From the IMG/VR virus record IMGVR_UViG_3300006123_000048, positions 1 to 26,834 of that record: a stretch of DNA of 26,834 nucleotides; one strand, given 5' to 3'. This stretch comes from a virus. Lineage: Duplodnaviria > Caudoviricetes. Shown one piece after another: positions 24,848-26,834 of this stretch. Positions within the stretch are counted from its first letter, which is position 1. Each line of letters starts with the position of its first letter. The notes under the pieces are model-generated. The model saw only the letters and a list, made by a program, of their open reading frames with translations, did not search any database and was not told where the DNA came from. A program made the translations under genes and the position numbers.

Positions 24848-25109
24848 GTAAAAGCACAACCGAAAATTTGTCTGACTTAAAAAGGGTGTTGAGTTTTTTG
24901 CAAAGATTTATTGCATGACCTGGATTACTAAATGAAACCTTTTTGTATTTTGGACCAGGGTAGGATACCAAAATATTGTGTGTTTTGAGATTGATGGGTT
25001 GATTGTCGTAGAAGACTGCCCAGATACCTTCTGAACTTAAAATTTGTTCACTCTTGTAAGTGGTCTTATTTACATGGTCCAACAACACCGTTGGTTTTGG
25101 TCTTGACAT
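24822..25109 (-). CDS. Hypothetical phage protein (MSRPKP...)
   Basis: 95-aa ORF with AAGGA RBS; GATAAATA upstream at 25134-25141. Confidence 0.85.
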   Translation of the reverse strand: MSRPKPTVLLDHVNKTTYKSEQILSSEGIWAVFYDNQPINLKTHNILVSYPGPKYKKVSFSNPGHAINLCKKLNTLFKSDKFSVVLLRAGDKIFP

Positions 25110-25157
25110 TTCAATGATCCTTGAAGTACTTTTTATTTATCTCTTTATATACGTACA

Positions 25158-25373
25158 TTATTTAAAACCGCCACCATCCATGCTGATTGTGGTAACGGTA
25201 GCAGGACCAGTGGATAACTGGGTCAAATTAGAGATAGTGGCCAACAAATCATAAATTTCGGCGTGTAAATTGCGAGCTTCGTCCGAGGTCAGGGTCACCA
25301 TTTTTGCATTGGCCTGATTCATGGCTCTTACTTTGTTGTTGAAGTTTTTGACTTGCAACGGTACATTATCCAT
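25158..25373 (-). CDS. Hypothetical protein ending MDGGGFK
   Basis: Probable start MDNVPL overlapping the upstream stop. Confidence 0.75.
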   Translation of the reverse strand: MDNVPLQVKNFNNKVRAMNQANAKMVTLTSDEARNLHAEIYDLLATISNLTQLSTGPATVTTISMDGGGFK

Positions 25374-25845
25374 TGGCTTCTCGCATGGCTTCAAGCATAC
25401 GTTCTTGTGTTTTGAAAGGTCCCTGATATTCGTACCGATTTAACGTGATGAGTTTTGGGCAATAGGCTCGAACCCAGGTCGAACTAAACTTGATAATGTA
25501 ATAACCGGCACAGAAGAAACTTTTGCTCTTGGCACCCTTGGTATAGATAGGCAAGTAGCGTTGAACATCTAGGACTTCATTGTTGGGTTGGTTGGGAGTG
25601 GGAAAGCCGTAAACATCATAGACATCTTGTTTTTCTCGTTTGACCTTTTCTGACTTGGCAAAAACAATATTGTATTTTTTGCTCAACAACTTGATAGATG
25701 AGAACTGTTCACGTTGGTCGTCATGTACATAAACAAAGCCGCCTTCTTCCACAGCCATGATATTGCCGACCTTGGTTCCAGTGTAGGCTTCCACAATCCA
25801 CATCTTGTTCTTTACAACAGTCTTGGCAATTAGTTCTTCGTTCAT
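25366..25845 (-). CDS. Hypothetical phage protein
   Basis: 159-aa ORF; SKSFFCAGYY, CPKLITL, YQGPFKT. Confidence 0.85.
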   Translation of the reverse strand: MNEELIAKTVVKNKMWIVEAYTGTKVGNIMAVEEGGFVYVHDDQREQFSSIKLLSKKYNIVFAKSEKVKREKQDVYDVYGFPTPNQPNNEVLDVQRYLPIYTKGAKSKSFFCAGYYIIKFSSTWVRAYCPKLITLNRYEYQGPFKTQERMLEAMREANG

Positions 25846-26039
25846 TTTGTATTCAACTTTCTTCTACATTCTTCTTTCATGGCAGCAGTAAAGTCGGGAC
25901 TTATCTCTGCAATACGACAATCGTATCTCGGTGCGGCATCTGGTAATGCATTATTGATACCATACAATATACCAAACAAGGCCGCCATTAACAATATCAA
26001 GGCCGGCCACATCAGTAAGTGTTCTTTTAGTCTGGTCAT
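25842..26039 (-). CDS. Small membrane-anchored hypothetical protein
   Basis: N-terminal TM segment, YDCRIAEISPDF...ECR; ATGA overlap with the next gene. Confidence 0.8.
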   Translation of the reverse strand: MTRLKEHLLMWPALILLMAALFGILYGINNALPDAAPRYDCRIAEISPDFTAAMKEECRRKLNTK

Positions 26040-26210
26040 TTAATTGTTCTTATAAAAAATATAATTTAGCCAGGCAAGGCCAATGTCCCAGGCTACTCCA
26101 GCCCAGTCACCTTTGCCAAAGTCCACTACAGCAACCATGGCCAACCAGCCAATGATGAACCAGGTAATCTGTACATAATTGCGGCGATACCAACTGACAA
26201 TACTATTCAT
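26040..26210 (-). CDS. 56-aa membrane protein (not in ORF track)
   Basis: MNSIVSWYRRNYVQITWFIIGWLAMVAVVDFGKGDWAGVAWDIGLAWLNYIFYKNN; AGGAG RBS; abuts the next ATG. Confidence 0.8.
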   Translation of the reverse strand: MNSIVSWYRRNYVQITWFIIGWLAMVAVVDFGKGDWAGVAWDIGLAWLNYIFYKNN

Positions 26211-26219
26211 AACTTCTCC

Positions 26220-26387
26220 TTATTTTGCTGCAGGACGTTTACGTTCATAATTTGTTTTTTGTAACTCTACCCATACACGAGTCTTACGTGCCTGATGCCA
26301 ATCTACAACCGCAACAATCAGCATGGTCCCAAAAAATCCAATCAACAGGCCTATGGCCAGTAATAAACCTATCTGAGCTATACACAT
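26220..26387 (-). CDS. 55-aa single-TM protein (not in ORF track)
   Basis: MCIAQIGLLLAIGLLIGFFGTMLIVAVVDWHQARKTRVWVELQKTNYERKRPAAK; GGAG RBS. Confidence 0.7.
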   Translation of the reverse strand: MCIAQIGLLLAIGLLIGFFGTMLIVAVVDWHQARKTRVWVELQKTNYERKRPAAK

Positions 26388-26388
26388 G

Positions 26389-26832
26389 TTATTTCTCCGG
26401 GTAGGGCGCTTCTAAAAAGCGAACATAGCTGTCGGCCATATCGGCCATTTTGACCAGATCATACCGGCCACAGAACTTTAAGAACTGTGCGCCTACCATG
26501 GGTCGATTCAGCGGCTGACTATTGCCTTCAATAGTGCCCACAATTTTAGCTTTAACTTCTTCGGGCTGTGCAGTCAAGTCCACTAATTGTACATTACGTA
26601 AGTAGTCATCCAAGACACGATGTTCCACGCCGTTGTGGTCGGTCCAGCGTTGCAACATCAGATTATTCCACGCAAAGCCTTTCGCATCTTTGTCGGCAAA
26701 TGCCTCTGCAAGTCCCACTTTATTTTTACTTCCCACCTTACGGACCCCCGGGTACGCTGAAAAGATATTGTCGGTCGGATCTCCTCGCATGCACTTTTCG
26801 AAAAGAATCCACTTAGGATCCGGAATGACTTT
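26389..26832 (-). CDS. 5'-3' exonuclease / T4 RNase H-like flap endonuclease, C-terminal part (truncated by window edge)
   Basis: Frame open to the window end; H3TH motif LFEKCMRGDPTDNIFSAYPGVRK; RNVQLVDL. Confidence 0.85.
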   Translation of the reverse strand, partial: KVIPDPKWILFEKCMRGDPTDNIFSAYPGVRKVGSKNKVGLAEAFADKDAKGFAWNNLMLQRWTDHNGVEHRVLDDYLRNVQLVDLTAQPEEVKAKIVGTIEGNSQPLNRPMVGAQFLKFCGRYDLVKMADMADSYVRFLEAPYPEK

Positions 26833-26834
26833 TG

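Noticed and set aside
919-26816. Many short ORFs from the track lying antisense or out of frame within larger genes (e.g. 15504-16070, 17788-18240, 8447-8902, 23304-23738)
   Set aside because: They are fully nested in well-supported genes and show no RBS or recognisable motif; treated as shadow ORFs.
1-26834. Stop-codon recoding as seen in some large phages
   Set aside because: Genes tile the window under code 11, and TAA, TAG and TGA all end genes at coupled junctions.
1-26834. tRNA, rRNA, intron or intein
   Set aside because: No cloverleaf or T-loop signature was seen in the short intergenic gaps, and the recognisable enzymes are of normal length and uninterrupted.

Overview
Densely packed segment of a large dsDNA tailed-phage genome (Caudoviricetes), translated with standard code 11. 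The evidence is ATGA-coupled genes, many short hypothetical ORFs, a T4 RNase H-like 5'-3' exonuclease, DHFR, a MoxR/VWA pair, and both sigma70-type and TAAATA-type promoter motifs. 1-12.5 kb is a glycan or surface-modification locus: five SGNH-like paralogs, a NodU/CmcH carbamoyltransferase, an APS-kinase/nucleotidyltransferase fusion, two glycosyltransferase-like proteins, a DegT aminotransferase and an NAD-dependent epimerase. 12.5-19.9 kb (minus strand) carries folA, hypothetical genes, a VWA metallopeptidase, a MoxR ATPase and ahpC-ahpD. 19.9-24.4 kb is the best candidate for an undescribed system: an HNH-like gene behind a perfect sigma70 promoter, then a tightly coupled operon of a ParB/DUF262-like protein, three different GIY-YIG-like nucleases and an ABC-ATPase::GNAT (Mom-like) fusion. 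It resembles a phage-borne DNA modification/restriction conflict module. A palindromic box overlapping non-canonical -35 elements, a 54-bp dual-coding repeat and head-to-head overlapping start codons were also seen. All family calls come from recognising motifs by eye; no searches were run. No tRNA, rRNA or CRISPR array was seen.
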